From the NCBI GenBank assembly GCA_021613535.1, contig CP075497.1:4836001-4900000 (forward strand): 64,000 nucleotides of DNA, written 5' to 3'. Numbering within the stretch: the first letter of the stretch is position 1; the number at the start of each line of letters is the position of its first letter. Made by a program: the position numbers and the translations under genes. Below the pieces are notes generated by a model that worked only from the letters and a program-made list of their open reading frames with translations, was not told where the DNA came from and made no database searches. The DNA is from Adineta vaga. Taxonomy: Eukaryota; Animalia; Rotifera. Of the stretch, positions 1 through 14,455 are shown piece after piece.

Positions 1-1608
1 TCATCATCATCATCATCGACTCGGATTCAGTGGCAGTAACCACTTCGCTGCACATGCATGAAAAGAAAGAAAGAAGAAGAGAAAAAAAGGGAATACTTTC
101 TATTTCTAATAATTAAACAGATTAACACTTACTTTTTTTTCTGCTACAGAAAATAGAATATGATCAGATGAATATTTATACATATCGTACAGACAGCTTA
201 TTTTCAATTCCTAGTATTCAAGATAATAAGGATACTATTGAGAAGAATGCAACTATGAATACTAAATTTAGCAATCTCGATCATTTCTGATCTATTCGCT
301 CGATGTTATAGAGGAAAAAATGACTTTGACGTGTCTCAAGAACGTTCTTTTGTTTAGTACCTTTGAAAATTCTCATATGTGTTCGGCAGTAGAAGGTGGA
401 GTAGAAGAGAATATGGGTGTAATAAAGATAAGAATTGAAATCAATTGATTTTCTAACGGACAATGTCTACATACACTATTTATGACGTCGGGCATCGGAC
501 GAACAACGATCACATCAAGGGTACTCGTTGACAATAAGACATGAGGTAGGTGTGACAGAAGAAAAAATAAATATATGATTGATCTCCTTGAGGGCATCTG
601 TGTCATTGATTAATTTTGTGAACAGAGTAGGAAGAGAAAAGAAAAGGTAACATCAAGTGTGGCAACAATCATTAGTTTTTTTTTTGTTCAAAGATTTATT
701 AAACTAACCTTCAAGTGTACTTTGTCTTCATATAATGGTTTCAACTATCTACATATTCAATCTATACATGAACAAGATTGTTACTCATTTGTATGTTATA
801 AATCAAAAAAGATTTTCAAACATAAAATAGTTTTAATTATAACATGAAAAAAAACAAGTTTTGGTCATTTTCTATGATTGACAAATGATGTGTATCATCA
901 TCATCATCATCAAATTTAATCATATCTCTCATCGGATAGATAATGTCCATAATAAAAGCTATAATCTCTTGGGGATGTATGTTGTAGACAGATCGATCAT
1001 TGAACACCACATATATACATAGAGAGTAAGACAGAAGAAGAAAAGTTCTTTTTAAATAAGCAAATGACAAGATGGTTGGTATTAATAATCCTCAACAATA
1101 TGTTCGATTCGGATTCTAATAATCACACAATCCACATCTGCATATAAGCTTTCATATAAAGATTCTTTACAATAATCCATCTTGATATAGACTACTTTTC
1201 ACTTGGCACATACATTGTCTATGTCAAAGTGAGTTACAGAAGAATGATTTATTGTCAAAGACCATGAAGAACGAAACATGGTGACAAAGTACTACTTTTC
1301 ATCAAATTGATCAATGTTACTTACAATGAACATTCTATATAACTAATTATACACAGCTGATACACTTGAACTATAGAACCTTGGGTAAAGATGATCCAAC
1401 TAACTATCTATTTGTGAATCAGAACATATTAAACTTGAAATTTGATCATTAAATATAGATTTTTTCTCATGCATATGAAATTGATGTCAAGTAATATGAT
1501 GCTTATCAACGGATGTCTTTCGTTTGATTGTTTTAATTCAACAAACATTACATAGAAATTATAAATAGGATGAATGCTAAACATCTATGAAGATTTATTT
1601 ATCAAAAC

Positions 1609-2168
1609 TTATTTTAATTTCTGTGCTGCTAATTCACACGGTGTTAGTCCTTGTTGTCGTGTTTTTTCTTCTTCTTCTTCTTCATGATGTGCTTTTTCAT
1701 CATCTTCACATTCACGAATCAGACGTGTATTATCGAATAACATATATGGTTTGACAACTAAACCTAATAATAGATTAAAAAATTAAAAACAAAAAATGAA
1801 ATCAATAATACTACATACGATAAGTATTTTCATCTGTTTGTATCGTTTGTAATACTTCTCGACGAAGAAAACTATCTGTTTCTTTTGCTGCACGAATTAA
1901 CTAATAGAAAATATGGATATGAATTGATTTTCTTCATTCGATGAATAACTTACTTCTTTGATCGTTTTTTCATCGGTAACATTTTTATAATGTGCAAAAT
2001 TTTCTCGTATACCTTGTGTCATACCTAAATAGAGAGATAGATGAGAAAACTTCATGGACAAAATTACTCACTAGCAATTCGTATTGGATCATTTTGAAAA
2101 ACATTTTGTGCGGTACGAAGTAATTTTTTATAATGTGTTAAAACTTGAGAACGTAACGGTGTACCCAT
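1609..2168 (-). CDS. LYRM7: LYR-motif complex III assembly factor (LYRM7/Mzm1), 4 exons; missed by the ORF track
   Basis: Hand-spliced: MGTPLRSQVLTHYKKLLRTAQNVFQNDPIRIA-SMTQGIRENFAHYKNVTDEKTIKE-LIRAAKETDSFLRREVLQTIQTDENTYR-LVVKPYMLFDNTRL...KLK*. GT-AG introns. Follows the LYRM7 pattern (VFxND...F...LLR.V.Q.I.TD). Confidence 0.85.
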
Positions 2169-2326
2169 TACTTCTTTTTAGTTTTCTACAAAATAGAGAA
2201 CAACAAATTTACGATATTGTAAATTTCGATCTTTTCTTTTATTAGTCTTATATTATTAAATAAATATAAATTAGCTTGTACAAGATCAAAGAAAAAACAA
2301 AAGAAAAATTATAGCAGTTTTATTTG

Positions 2327-4191
<1,865 letters not shown>

Positions 4192-4261
4192 TCTGAAAAG
4201 TTGCAATACGTAATAATAAAAAGAACGACGAATATAATATCACTCACTTAAATATGAATAC

Positions 4262-4280
4262 ATTGCGTCAGATTGCGTCA
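4262..4280. promoter_or_regulatory. Tandem ATTGCGTCA x2 (C/EBP-ATF composite-like site) upstream of SerRS
   Basis: cATTGCGTCAgATTGCGTCAg is a direct repeat just upstream of the SerRS 5'UTR intron donor. Confidence 0.45.
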
Positions 4281-4590
4281 GCAATGACGATATATGACAA
4301 AACTATACAGGAAAGTTGCTAGAAATACTTTGAATTGACATCTGCTCGATAAATGATGAAAATTTATATTGTTTTTATGTCTCAAACTAGTAGTCGATAA
4401 ACTATCTCCATCTCAATTCTGAATGGATGTAAACAACATCGCGACGCACATTCGTTCTGTGTAATTCAGATGTCGTTGCTAACCGATTCCACATGATTGT
4501 TTTTATCTGGATAGAAGTATACTATGTACATACTAATCAGATTTATTTCAATACAAGTACAGAAAAACATTTCTAACACTTATTAAAGAA

Positions 4591-5508
4591 TTAAGGAGAT
4601 TTTTTAACAATTGTTCGTAAAAGTCGATTACTGAAAACAAATTCTTTCACTTTGTTTATTAAATATAAAAATGGTAGTAAAGCAGTGACATATTGAATCC
4701 ATGCCCAACGAAATTCTTTCCAGAAACTTGGTACATAACGTATTGATTGTAAACTTGTACTAAGAACAACTCTCAATGTTAATTGTGGTTCACCTGTACT
4801 AGACGATGACCATCGAACATAATCTTGATCGAATGTTGTGAAATAATTACGAGATGTATAATTATTTAATATTTCATTAAGTGATGGTACAAGTGAATAT
4901 GTTCCGTAATTAATAATTGAATCTGAAATTGATGAAATGTCTGAATGATTTGAAATTGGATCTCGTTGATGGAAATTAAGTTGTCCATAAATGGTTACAG
5001 TAGCGTTATCTGCTAATGTTGTTGGTGCTTTCAATGAAATTAATCCAAGTGTTTCCATGCTAATTGTTGAATATTGATTAAGTTTATATTGGAACATAAG
5101 CCAAAGATTGACAGTTGAATCTGCAATTGATTGTGGTAAAATTACATTTAAGATTATTGTCTGTTGATCAATAATATTATCACCATCAGTATCTCGTGGA
5201 ATAGCTGTTCGAAGAGTAGTTGGATAATAATTTGAAATAAAATAATTATTTTGACGTGCATCAGATGAAGAAAAAACAAGAGAGGATGCTGAACCAATGA
5301 TTATTTGATATTTTCCATGATACGATATACGTGGTTGTTCACTATATGTTAATTCTTTATAATAGAAACCACTTGTAAAATAACTCGTAAATAATGGAGG
5401 TAGAAATGTTAGAAGAAGACAACATAGTTGAAAGAAAACAGCACTGGAACATGGATGAGCAAAATAACGAATTCGATGATCTTGAGAGTAGACTTTATAT
5501 AATACCAT
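4591..5508 (-). CDS. TMEM231: Ciliary transition-zone protein TMEM231, intronless
   Basis: MVLYKVYS...LTFLPPL...GFYYKELTYSEQP and C-terminal IRYVPSFWKEFRWAWIQY match TMEM231. Two TM segments. Confidence 0.92.
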   Translation of the reverse strand: MVLYKVYSQDHRIRYFAHPCSSAVFFQLCCLLLTFLPPLFTSYFTSGFYYKELTYSEQPRISYHGKYQIIIGSASSLVFSSSDARQNNYFISNYYPTTLRTAIPRDTDGDNIIDQQTIILNVILPQSIADSTVNLWLMFQYKLNQYSTISMETLGLISLKAPTTLADNATVTIYGQLNFHQRDPISNHSDISSISDSIINYGTYSLVPSLNEILNNYTSRNYFTTFDQDYVRWSSSSTGEPQLTLRVVLSTSLQSIRYVPSFWKEFRWAWIQYVTALLPFLYLINKVKEFVFSNRLLRTIVKKSP

Positions 5509-6451
5509 TTTCTTGGTGATTGAAACTATATTGTCATTAACGAAGATGTTTTATCCAACATTATAGTTTATACTTTTCATATATAACTATGTGAATACCT
5601 CTATACCTGTTTGCTGTCGTATTATTAATCATTACAGATGGAGTTAGTAGTCAATTTTGTTCTCTATGAGCTCGCAATAATCTTTCATTAGAAAGAAGAA
5701 TGAAGAAAAAAATGTATGTAAGGTTCTATCCTACAAACTATCAACGAACACATTTATACGATATAAAAAGTCGTGAAATATCGATACTGCAATACCATTC
5801 CTTTTTTTATTATATCAAAATGTATACTAATAAAATTAACTGCTAATTTCTTACATAAATTTTTAACAATTCCATAAAAACCCTTTATGTTCATTTTCGG
5901 AATAGATTTGATATGCATATAATAATACCGTAGAGATATTTCTAGTCGATTATATAGTATCGATTTATCGGTTCATTTGTAAGATTCATCAAATAGACTA
6001 TTTCTATCGATGATTATCCATAACCACAAAGGCAAATAGGTAAATCAGGACATATCTATTCATTTACAATGTCATTTGACCTGTGGTGTAAATTCATCAT
6101 CATCATCATTTACATAGTAATATAGCCTAGCCTACGCATTCTCTACGACAACAATCTTCGTGACAGGCTAGAGAGAAAGCTTGAGTTATTTCAGGATAAA
6201 GAGAAAGCATAAACAACAGTAACACAAATCGGCCGACGGAAATTACCAGTTATACAGTTGTACTTACTATTATGTAGGAAAAAAAAGAACATACCGAAAA
6301 AAAAAACGAGAAGTACCATCGACTGAAAATCGCCTACATATACCAGAAAAGAAAAAAAAGCCGAAAGAGACACATAATAGCCATTTTTGTGCTCTATTTT
6401 ATCGTATTCCGTCTTGTTTTCTACGATTTTACACGTCCTAACATAAAGAAT

Positions 6452-7367
6452 ATGGCTACAGGTCCAACTGCAAATCGCCCATTGACAAAAACATTTTGTG
6501 CATCATGCCAACAAGCATTCACACCGAAAGATGCCATGCAAATTTATCAAGAGAAATATTATCATCCACATTGTTTTTGTTGTTCAAATTGTGGAAATAC
6601 ATTAGCTGGTAAACCATTTTATCCCAAACCAAATAATCAATTTCAATGTGAAAATTGTAATCATTCACTTGCACCAAAGTATGTCTATTCAATATTCATC
6701 TTTTGATTGTATAGAGAATCGATCATTCTATTTCATTATTATTATTATTATTATTTTAGTTGCTCTGTATGCAATCAGAAGATCCAATCAGGTACTGCAG
6801 CAAAACGATATAAAGAACGTCATTATCACAGCGGTTGCTTTCGGTAGAAAACTTCGATTTGATTAATCAATTTAGTTGACTTTGTTTTCTTTTTCAGTTG
6901 TTGCAAATGTAATGCTGTTATACCTGATGGTAAATCATTCTAAATCTTAGCCATTCTAATTAGACTACTTTGTTTAAATTTATTTAGGACATAATTTTGT
7001 TGATATGTTAGATGGTCGTTTTCAATGTTTAACATGCTCACATCATATTACAGGATCGTATCAAGGCAAAGAACATGCTCCACATCTGGAAAGTATGTTA
7101 GGTGAAGTCGTACCTGTACAATGTGATCAAGCAGGACGTATACCTATTTGTGACAAATGTACACGGCCTGTATCAAGCGAAGAAGATGCATTTAAACTTG
7201 AAACACGTTATTATCATCTTGAATGTGCTCGTTGTAATCGTTGCCGTAAGAAACTTTTAAGAGTTCCATGCCGAAAACTTGGTTCAGCTTTAGGTTAGTT
7301 GAAATTATCGAAAATAAAAATCAATGAATGTGATGTTTCTATTCTAGTTTGTCATACATGCTCATAA
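6452..7367 (+). CDS. LIM-only protein, three LIM domains, 5 exons
   Basis: Three CxxC...HxxCxxCxxC...CxxC units (CASC..HPHCFCCSNC..CENC; CSVC..HSGCFRCCKC..CLTC; CDKC..HLECARCNRC..CHTC) after splicing. Confidence 0.85.
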
Positions 7368-7471
7368 TTCATCAATATATATATAAGTATTAACTCTATA
7401 CAAATAAGCCTGATTATGATATATTTTCTTTCACCTTAATTATTGAAAAACCCTTGATCATTAATTTTATT

Positions 7472-10092
7472 TTACACAATATGAAAGTTTATTCTTTTTT
7501 CTGAAAAAAAATAAAATCGTAAAAATTGAATATTATTAATTAACTTGAACTGTATTGGATTTATGAGGTGAATTGGTGTCACAGTTGATGTACGTACGGA
7601 AGATAATGTTGAATTCTTATTGATTCCATTTGCACGAGAAATACGTCGTTGAACTTTATGTTTAACCATTTCTTTACCAATTTCAACTTGTTTAATCCAT
7701 GGCTTTCGTTTAAAATAATTTGCTTCTTGTAAACAATTGACAGCTGTTGATCGTGTTGATGCACTTGCATAACGTTCATAAGATTTGAGAGTTGTTCGAT
7801 GAACATCAAGATCAAGACGAGATTTGATTGGACTTGCACCAATGTTAATTGGATGATCAGGTAAAGCTAGACATGAATCAATATCCACAAGTGAACCACG
7901 ATTAGTTGATAATGAAGTTGTCAATTGATCTGATGAATATGGAGTTGAATCTTCCTTTTGGTATTGTGGTTGTTTTTGTTGAACATCTCGAACAGATTGT
8001 TCAATTTGTGCGAATAATTGTCGTCTTTTAGCTTCATTCTGTTCTTCAATATCATGTGCGAGACGAGAAGATGAGTATACATAAGCATCAGCTGCTGACA
8101 TTACCGATGGTGAAGTTTGTTTATTATTACTATTGATTAGTTCAGAATAGTATGAGAGTGATGAAAGTGTTGGTGATGGATTTGACATTGAAGATATAAT
8201 TGAAGGCAAGACACTCTTGTCTTTTTCATTACTAATACTATTACGAGATATTATTGGTTGAGGTGTATGCGTTGCTAATTTTGATTTTTCTTTATAAAAG
8301 ATAAGAATCAATATTGAACGATCTGTAACATAAGATACTGATTATATTCTACCTTCATTTAGCGTAGGATTCGTTACTGATAATGATGATGTTCGCAATA
8401 TGCCAGGTGTTGGTGAATGATTATGATCAACTATTGATCGAGCTGTTTTTAAATCTAATAAGAAATAATTAGAATAGATTATGATGGAGATAAGTTACTT
8501 GGGGATAGTCGTGGAGTAAGAATTGAATTTTTTCTTAGATCTGGTATTGTTTCAGATGGTACAGATGTTCGTGGATGTCCTTGATGGTATGCAGCAACTG
8601 CTTGTTTAATAACTCGCCGTCGTTCATCTGATGCAAATTTTTTCATTGAAGTTTTCATTTGTAGAATTTTTTCTTGTTCTTCATCGCTAAAACCAAGATA
8701 ACAATCAGTTCGTGATGCATTATCCGAACGTATTATTCGAAGTTGTTCTGGTGGTACTTCAAATGTATTATTATAACCATCGATTAATACTTTATATCCA
8801 AGTAAACCTGTTTCAGGATAGATTTTTTTTGTTTGTGCAGTTGAAAGTTGTCCACCAAATTTTTTCCATGTTTTTTCTCGTGCTCGTTCGCACCAACTAA
8901 TTAGAAAGAATGAATTTTACTAGAAAAAAAAAAGATCTTCAATAATGAATTTTACCTGACAATTCTGCAATAAATTGGTAGAGAAATGTGAACATGATGT
9001 GGAGATGGACGATGAACAGCATTTGTATTACTTGTTGATGTTAGTAAATTTGTAATATATTCACCATTTGCATTCAATGGTATTCGAAGATAATATTGTT
9101 TATTGTATAAATAAAAATAGATAGAATTATAACATCGTTTTTGATCTTTTGTTTTCGATTTTGATGAATAAGAAAGTGCTAGTCGATATGGTAAACTTCC
9201 CGTAATAGGATCACGTGTTTGTGTACATAAAATAGAATTTTGAACGAAAAGATCAACTAATAACTTATGTCCTCGTTCGATAGCTATATGAATAGGACAT
9301 TGAAGAGTTTCTGGAAATAAATCAATATTTGTACTAGCAGACCATTGACGAGATGGTGGTTCGCCCACTGGACGATCACTTCGTGCACCTTGTCGTAAAG
9401 CATGACCTGCTAATTCCAAATGACCTGAATAGAATTTTGATAGTTTACAAAATGTTCAACTCAATCGTAAAAAAGAAAGAAAATTTACCATAAAAAGAAG
9501 CAATATATAGAGCAACTTGTGCTTGATAATGTCGTGTAAGTTCTTCCGGTGAGAAACGTTCTATAAGACCTTTAACGCAAGCAGCAATAAATTTATCAAA
9601 ACCTTGCCATACTTTTAAATAGACATGATCATGAGTTTTAATATCATAATTAATCAATTTCATTTCATCATATAATCGCTGTGTACCTGAATATGTTTCT
9701 AAACAAAATGTACTCAATGGTAAACCAATTTTCCTCGAAATAATTTGTCTTATTGAACCAATGTCTGTATCCATTGTAATTGTTGAATCAAAAATTTTTA
9801 GTATACGCTTATCAAAAGCACAATAAACATAAAGATCCGCTGCTTTTTGCTCTCGATATAAACAATGAATAATAGCTCCGGATGGAATACCTAAATCTGA
9901 CACTAACCATTGTGGTTTGAGATCAAAACCATTGTAACTAAGAACAACCGATGTTTCCGATGGACCACTACCATGAACTTTCAAACCAAATTTTTGTTTT
10001 GCTAATTCAAGAATTTCTTCAACATGAACATTTTCATCGATATCAATTAAAGTTATTGCTTTTGTTACTGGATAAAATATATGATAACGCAT
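7472..10092 (-). CDS. ANKUB1: Ankyrin repeat and ubiquitin domain-containing protein (ANKUB1-like), about 5 exons; 3' end approximate
   Basis: Two ubiquitin-like folds (GLPLSTFCL, LKVWQGF), QVALYIASFYGH, ALRQGAR, CPIHIAIERGH ankyrin motif, in the ANKUB1 order. Confidence 0.85.
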
Positions 10093-11073
10093 TTTTTTCT
10101 CATTTATTGAATTTTTCTATTAATATAAACATGATTAGAAATGTCAACACTTTCCTCAAAAACAAGTCTATTTATAATAGTCACGACAATTTTTTTATAA
10201 TTAATATAATCAGGAACAGATTTGGAATCAGACATGATTAGAATCGAATCTCTAACCAAATATCTGAAAGCATTGTATTTTTAACGCTAAGTATGTTTAA
10301 AAGTTAAACGATTTTCAGTTAAAAACAATCGCGAAAGATGATGAAAAGAAGAAAAAAAACTTCTTACCTTCGATGGACTGTTGCTCGATCGTTTCAACAT
10401 TTTATTTTCCATGAATATACCAACACTGGTGTCTTCCTTCAATTAATCTAAAAATGATACGAATAGAAATGGAGTTTAAAAATCTACTAAAATATTTGTT
10501 CTTCTTTTTTCTTTCTTACTATTCGATTTAATAACGTCTATTTTTATTTCGCTCAAGAAACAACAACGGATTTCTCTCTTTCTCTCGTATGGACAACATT
10601 CATAATGCATGTTGACAGGCATAATTGAATAAACATAAATACTTCTCGATGTTTCTTTTCAAAAATCCGTATGAGTTATTGTTTTGATGAATAAATTTAC
10701 TAACGCACCTACGCTTCAATATAGATAGTAATGGTAGAAAAACTTAAGAGAGAAATGTTTGCATTAAGTTCTTTTTTTTTAAGTGAATATTTTAACAAGC
10801 ATTTTATGTCAATAATCATGATGGAATTGAAAATATTAGAGGGAAAAAAAAGAAAATAAATACGACGATTGAAATGTCATGTTTAGAATAAACCCGATTG
10901 ATAACGATTGTATGTATTATACTTATGAAGGACAAAAAAAACGGATGAATTTGAATGTAGACAAACATCTGTGTTTTATTATCGAATGATTTTTTAAATA
11001 TCCAACAAAAGAAGTTTTTCGGAGTAGTAGTAGTAGTAGTAGACGATTGAATTGATGTGAATCTAACTAAACT

Positions 11074-11886
11074 ATGATTAATATTAGCTATGTTTTTGTT
11101 TTTTTTAATATTTATATCTTTTTCAAAATAAGTACTTGTGAAATCTTTCCATTTTTTGTCTATGCTGATGAAAATTTTGTAAAATGTTCCGATGGTAAAC
11201 TTGAATCATTTAATAGTACTCAAAATATTCTTCCAAAATGTATTCAAGCAACACAAATAGAACGAATCGATGTTTTTCAATTATTTATTCAATGTCCCGA
11301 TGCACGAGTACATTTTGAATTGAATCGTACATTTCCTTCGAATGCTCCTTCGTCGGAATATTCCCTGACAAGTTTATATCCACATTGTTTTCTCGAACAA
11401 ATTCATCATAATCATTTTATTCCTTATCAAACTCGATATATAGCAGAAAATGAGACATTTACACAAATCATATCATTTCAATGTGATTCATCTAATCTAA
11501 CAAATCAACGTTGGAAATTCAATGAACAATTTTATTTATATTTTAAATTAATGAACTATGGACTTTGTCGATATTTAGTTCAATTGATATATTCCGATGG
11601 GAAATGTAATCGATTCTATCAACAAACGTATAGAATACAACTTCAAATCAAACATTCAGTGTGTTATTATCAATTAGGACTTCAAATTTCAGATAATTCC
11701 TTAGAATATTTTGATCAATTAATACGTACAAATCTTTCCGTTAATAGCCAATCAATTTCTTCGAAAACATCAGCTAATCATTCGATTATTATTATTATTT
11801 TTACTACATCAATGACGGGTATATCTCTATTTTTATGTAGTATCATATTTATACTTATGTATCGGTTTAATCGATTTCGAAGATAA
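11074..11886 (+). CDS. Uncharacterised single-pass membrane protein with Cys-containing ectodomain
   Basis: 270-aa intronless ORF with hydrophobic N-terminus, C-terminal TM (IIIIIFTTSMTGISLFLCSIIFILM) and basic stop-transfer sequence. Confidence 0.65.
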   Translation: MINISYVFVFFNIYIFFKISTCEIFPFFVYADENFVKCSDGKLESFNSTQNILPKCIQATQIERIDVFQLFIQCPDARVHFELNRTFPSNAPSSEYSLTSLYPHCFLEQIHHNHFIPYQTRYIAENETFTQIISFQCDSSNLTNQRWKFNEQFYLYFKLMNYGLCRYLVQLIYSDGKCNRFYQQTYRIQLQIKHSVCYYQLGLQISDNSLEYFDQLIRTNLSVNSQSISSKTSANHSIIIIIFTTSMTGISLFLCSIIFILMYRFNRFRR

Positions 11887-12070
11887 ACAAGAGTCTAAAT
11901 AACAGACAATACTACTTCATCGAATAATAATCGATATTATTAGTTTTCTTTGGGAATAATAAAATAAAATATTGTCTTGTCTTCTTTTAAGATGAATAAA
12001 AATTTATTATTGAAAATTCAGTTAGAACGAATGAAAGAAAACGAGTTTTAGAATTTGTTGCTCTAGTCAT

Positions 12071-12844
12071 TCAAACATGAAGGAATTGAGTTGTTCTATT
12101 CCAATTCCATAACCATTTGTAAATACGAAATAGAATGTAACCAACAAGAAATCCAGCAATAGGACCAACTGCATAAATCCAAGCTGTTGAATGATATGTA
12201 CCCGAAGCTACGGCTGGACCTAACCATCGCCATGGATTTAATGCAGCACCATCTCGATCAGCACCAAGTAAAAACGATGAAAAGACTACGAGTCCAATAG
12301 GATATGCTGCTTCTTTATGTGAATTATATGTCGTTGTAAAGAAAATGACGAATGAAAGGACTGTCGTACAAAGAAATTCAATGGCAAATCCATGCATAAC
12401 AGTTACACCAGGTTGAAGTCCTGGTGTACCTAATGTAGTACCTGTACCATATAAACAAAGAAGTAATGCACCAGAAAGTAGAGCACCTGCAGCTTGTGCG
12501 ATCAGATAACTAATAATTTCAATAATTTTCATCTTACCATCGAAAGCAGAAGCTATCGTTACTCCAGCATTAAAATGTCCACCAGAAACAGGTCCAAATA
12601 CATAGACTAACCATACTGTAACTAGTGCATGTGCAGCAGACACAGTTAAAAGATTATCTGTTTTCGTTGCACAACCAGCACCAAAAAATATAAATAAACA
12701 AGTACCTATTAATTCACATAATAAACGCACACGAAGTGGTGGTGGTTGTATAAATCCATTGTCAAGTCCATTGGGAGATAATTTCGTATATGGATCCGAA
12801 GAAATTGCATCACTTGGATTAATTCTAATAGCACTTAAAGACAT
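12071..12844 (-). CDS. Aquaporin (MIP family, AQP8/TIP-like) with non-canonical NAG/NPW motifs
   Basis: ELIGT, SGGHFNAGVT, YLIAQAAGA, EFLCT, ALNPWRWLGPA, WIYAVGPIAG. Six TMs, intronless CDS. Confidence 0.93.
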   Translation of the reverse strand: MSLSAIRINPSDAISSDPYTKLSPNGLDNGFIQPPPLRVRLLCELIGTCLFIFFGAGCATKTDNLLTVSAAHALVTVWLVYVFGPVSGGHFNAGVTIASAFDGKMKIIEIISYLIAQAAGALLSGALLLCLYGTGTTLGTPGLQPGVTVMHGFAIEFLCTTVLSFVIFFTTTYNSHKEAAYPIGLVVFSSFLLGADRDGAALNPWRWLGPAVASGTYHSTAWIYAVGPIAGFLVGYILFRIYKWLWNWNRTTQFLHV

Positions 12845-13522
12845 CTAAATTAATAAAAGAATAAAGAAAATCATTTGATATCCATTTAGTGACAAATAAA
12901 GTTAAATTCCGGTAATAAATGTATCAAACAAAATGCATGACCTTTTTTAGCTGTAAATTTAGTCAGATCGTCATTTTATCGTGTAATGAGATTCACATTC
13001 CAAAATGTATACCTATATTTATCTGTAGATAAAAGATAAAGTTTACACGTATCATCTTCTTTTCTTTTTCAATGATACTGTCATAATTACATCGTATTTT
13101 CTTTAACATTATGTTATCACGACTTTTTTTTTTTGCAAGATGATTTCGTAAACATTACAATGAATACATAGTTTTTAAGAAAAGAATTCGAATAAAAGAA
13201 GTATTTTGAATGCAATATGAAATAATACAATATGTCAGTTTTATCTAATAGGTTTTTATATGAATATTTTCATTCTTTTATTGTATTAAATTACAATGAC
13301 TTTTATATTATCTCAACTCATTTCATGATTACATAGATATAACAAAACTTTTATTTTACGTTCTTTCTTTCTTTTTTTGTTATTTGACATAGCAGTATGT
13401 ATATATCATACTATCAGACTCAAAAAAGAAGTTTTTTCTCTTTAATCTATCTCTTTTCTTTCTCGTGTATACTGATATGAAGACCACAGTTGTCGATTCA
13501 AGATAAATCACACTATCGTGAT

Positions 13523-14455
13523 ATGTCATCGAAAAGTATAGGTGTGTTTGATATCTACGATGATTCTTTTCGTTGTTTAATTTCTTCAACAGCTACTCTT
13601 CGTCGATTGTATACTGGTTTAACCTGGGCTGAAGGTCCAGCATATTTTCCTGCTTTACGTACACTTGTCTTCTCTGATGTTGCCGAAAATCGTTTATTAC
13701 GCTATGATGAATGTAATGAACAAACAAGTATTCTTCGTTCTCCATCTTCTCATAGTAATGGTAATACTGTTGATCGTCAAGGTCGTTTAATAACATGTGA
13801 ACAACAGACGAGACGTTTGACAAGAACTGAACATGATGGTAGTATAACTGTACTTGTCGATCGTGCTGAGAATGAAAAACGTTTTAATAGTCCCAATGAT
13901 GTTGTAGTAAAATCCGATGGATCAATTTGGTTTACAGATCCAACCTATGGTATTGACTCAGATTATGAAGGTGATCGAGCAGAAAGTGAAATAAAAGGAA
14001 ATTTTGTTTATTGTCTAAAAAATCGAATTTTACATGTCGTAGCACGAGATTTTGAACAACCTAATGGATTAGCTTTTTCACCTGATGAACGTCGTTTGTA
14101 TATTGTCGATACTGGACGAAGTCATCGACCAAAAGATGGACCAGCACATATTCGTGTTTTTGATGTAGGAGATGATGGTATTACATTAACTGGTGGACAA
14201 ATTTTTGCTGATTGTTCAACTGGTTTCTTTGATGGATTACGTATTGATTCCATAGGAAATATCTGGACTAGTGCTGGTGAAGGAGTATCATGCTATAATG
14301 GAAATACTGGTGCTTTATTAGGAAGAATTCGTGTTCCTGAAATTGTAGCTAATGTATGTTTTGGTGGTGGTGTAAAACGAAATGTTCTTTATATTTGTGC
14401 GACAACTTCACTTTATTGTATTCGATTAGCTGTGAATGGATGCAAAACTTTTTAA
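13523..14455 (+). CDS. SMP-30/gluconolactonase family protein, bacterial type (HGT candidate)
   Basis: WAEGP, SNGNTVDRQGRL, NSPNDVVVKSDGSIWFTDPTYGIDSDYEG, PNGLAFSPDE, DGLRID. Intronless. First ATG at 13523. Confidence 0.92.
   Translation: MSSKSIGVFDIYDDSFRCLISSTATLRRLYTGLTWAEGPAYFPALRTLVFSDVAENRLLRYDECNEQTSILRSPSSHSNGNTVDRQGRLITCEQQTRRLTRTEHDGSITVLVDRAENEKRFNSPNDVVVKSDGSIWFTDPTYGIDSDYEGDRAESEIKGNFVYCLKNRILHVVARDFEQPNGLAFSPDERRLYIVDTGRSHRPKDGPAHIRVFDVGDDGITLTGGQIFADCSTGFFDGLRIDSIGNIWTSAGEGVSCYNGNTGALLGRIRVPEIVANVCFGGGVKRNVLYICATTSLYCIRLAVNGCKTF

Noticed and set aside
1-1600. Short ORFs, including a possible minus-strand start MCSEVVTATESES at about 55-1
   Set aside because: No recognisable motifs, and truncated by the window edge. 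Treated as intergenic or UTR.
5509-5800. RFX X-box expected upstream of ciliary TMEM231
   Set aside because: No convincing GTTNCCATGGNAAC-like match seen.
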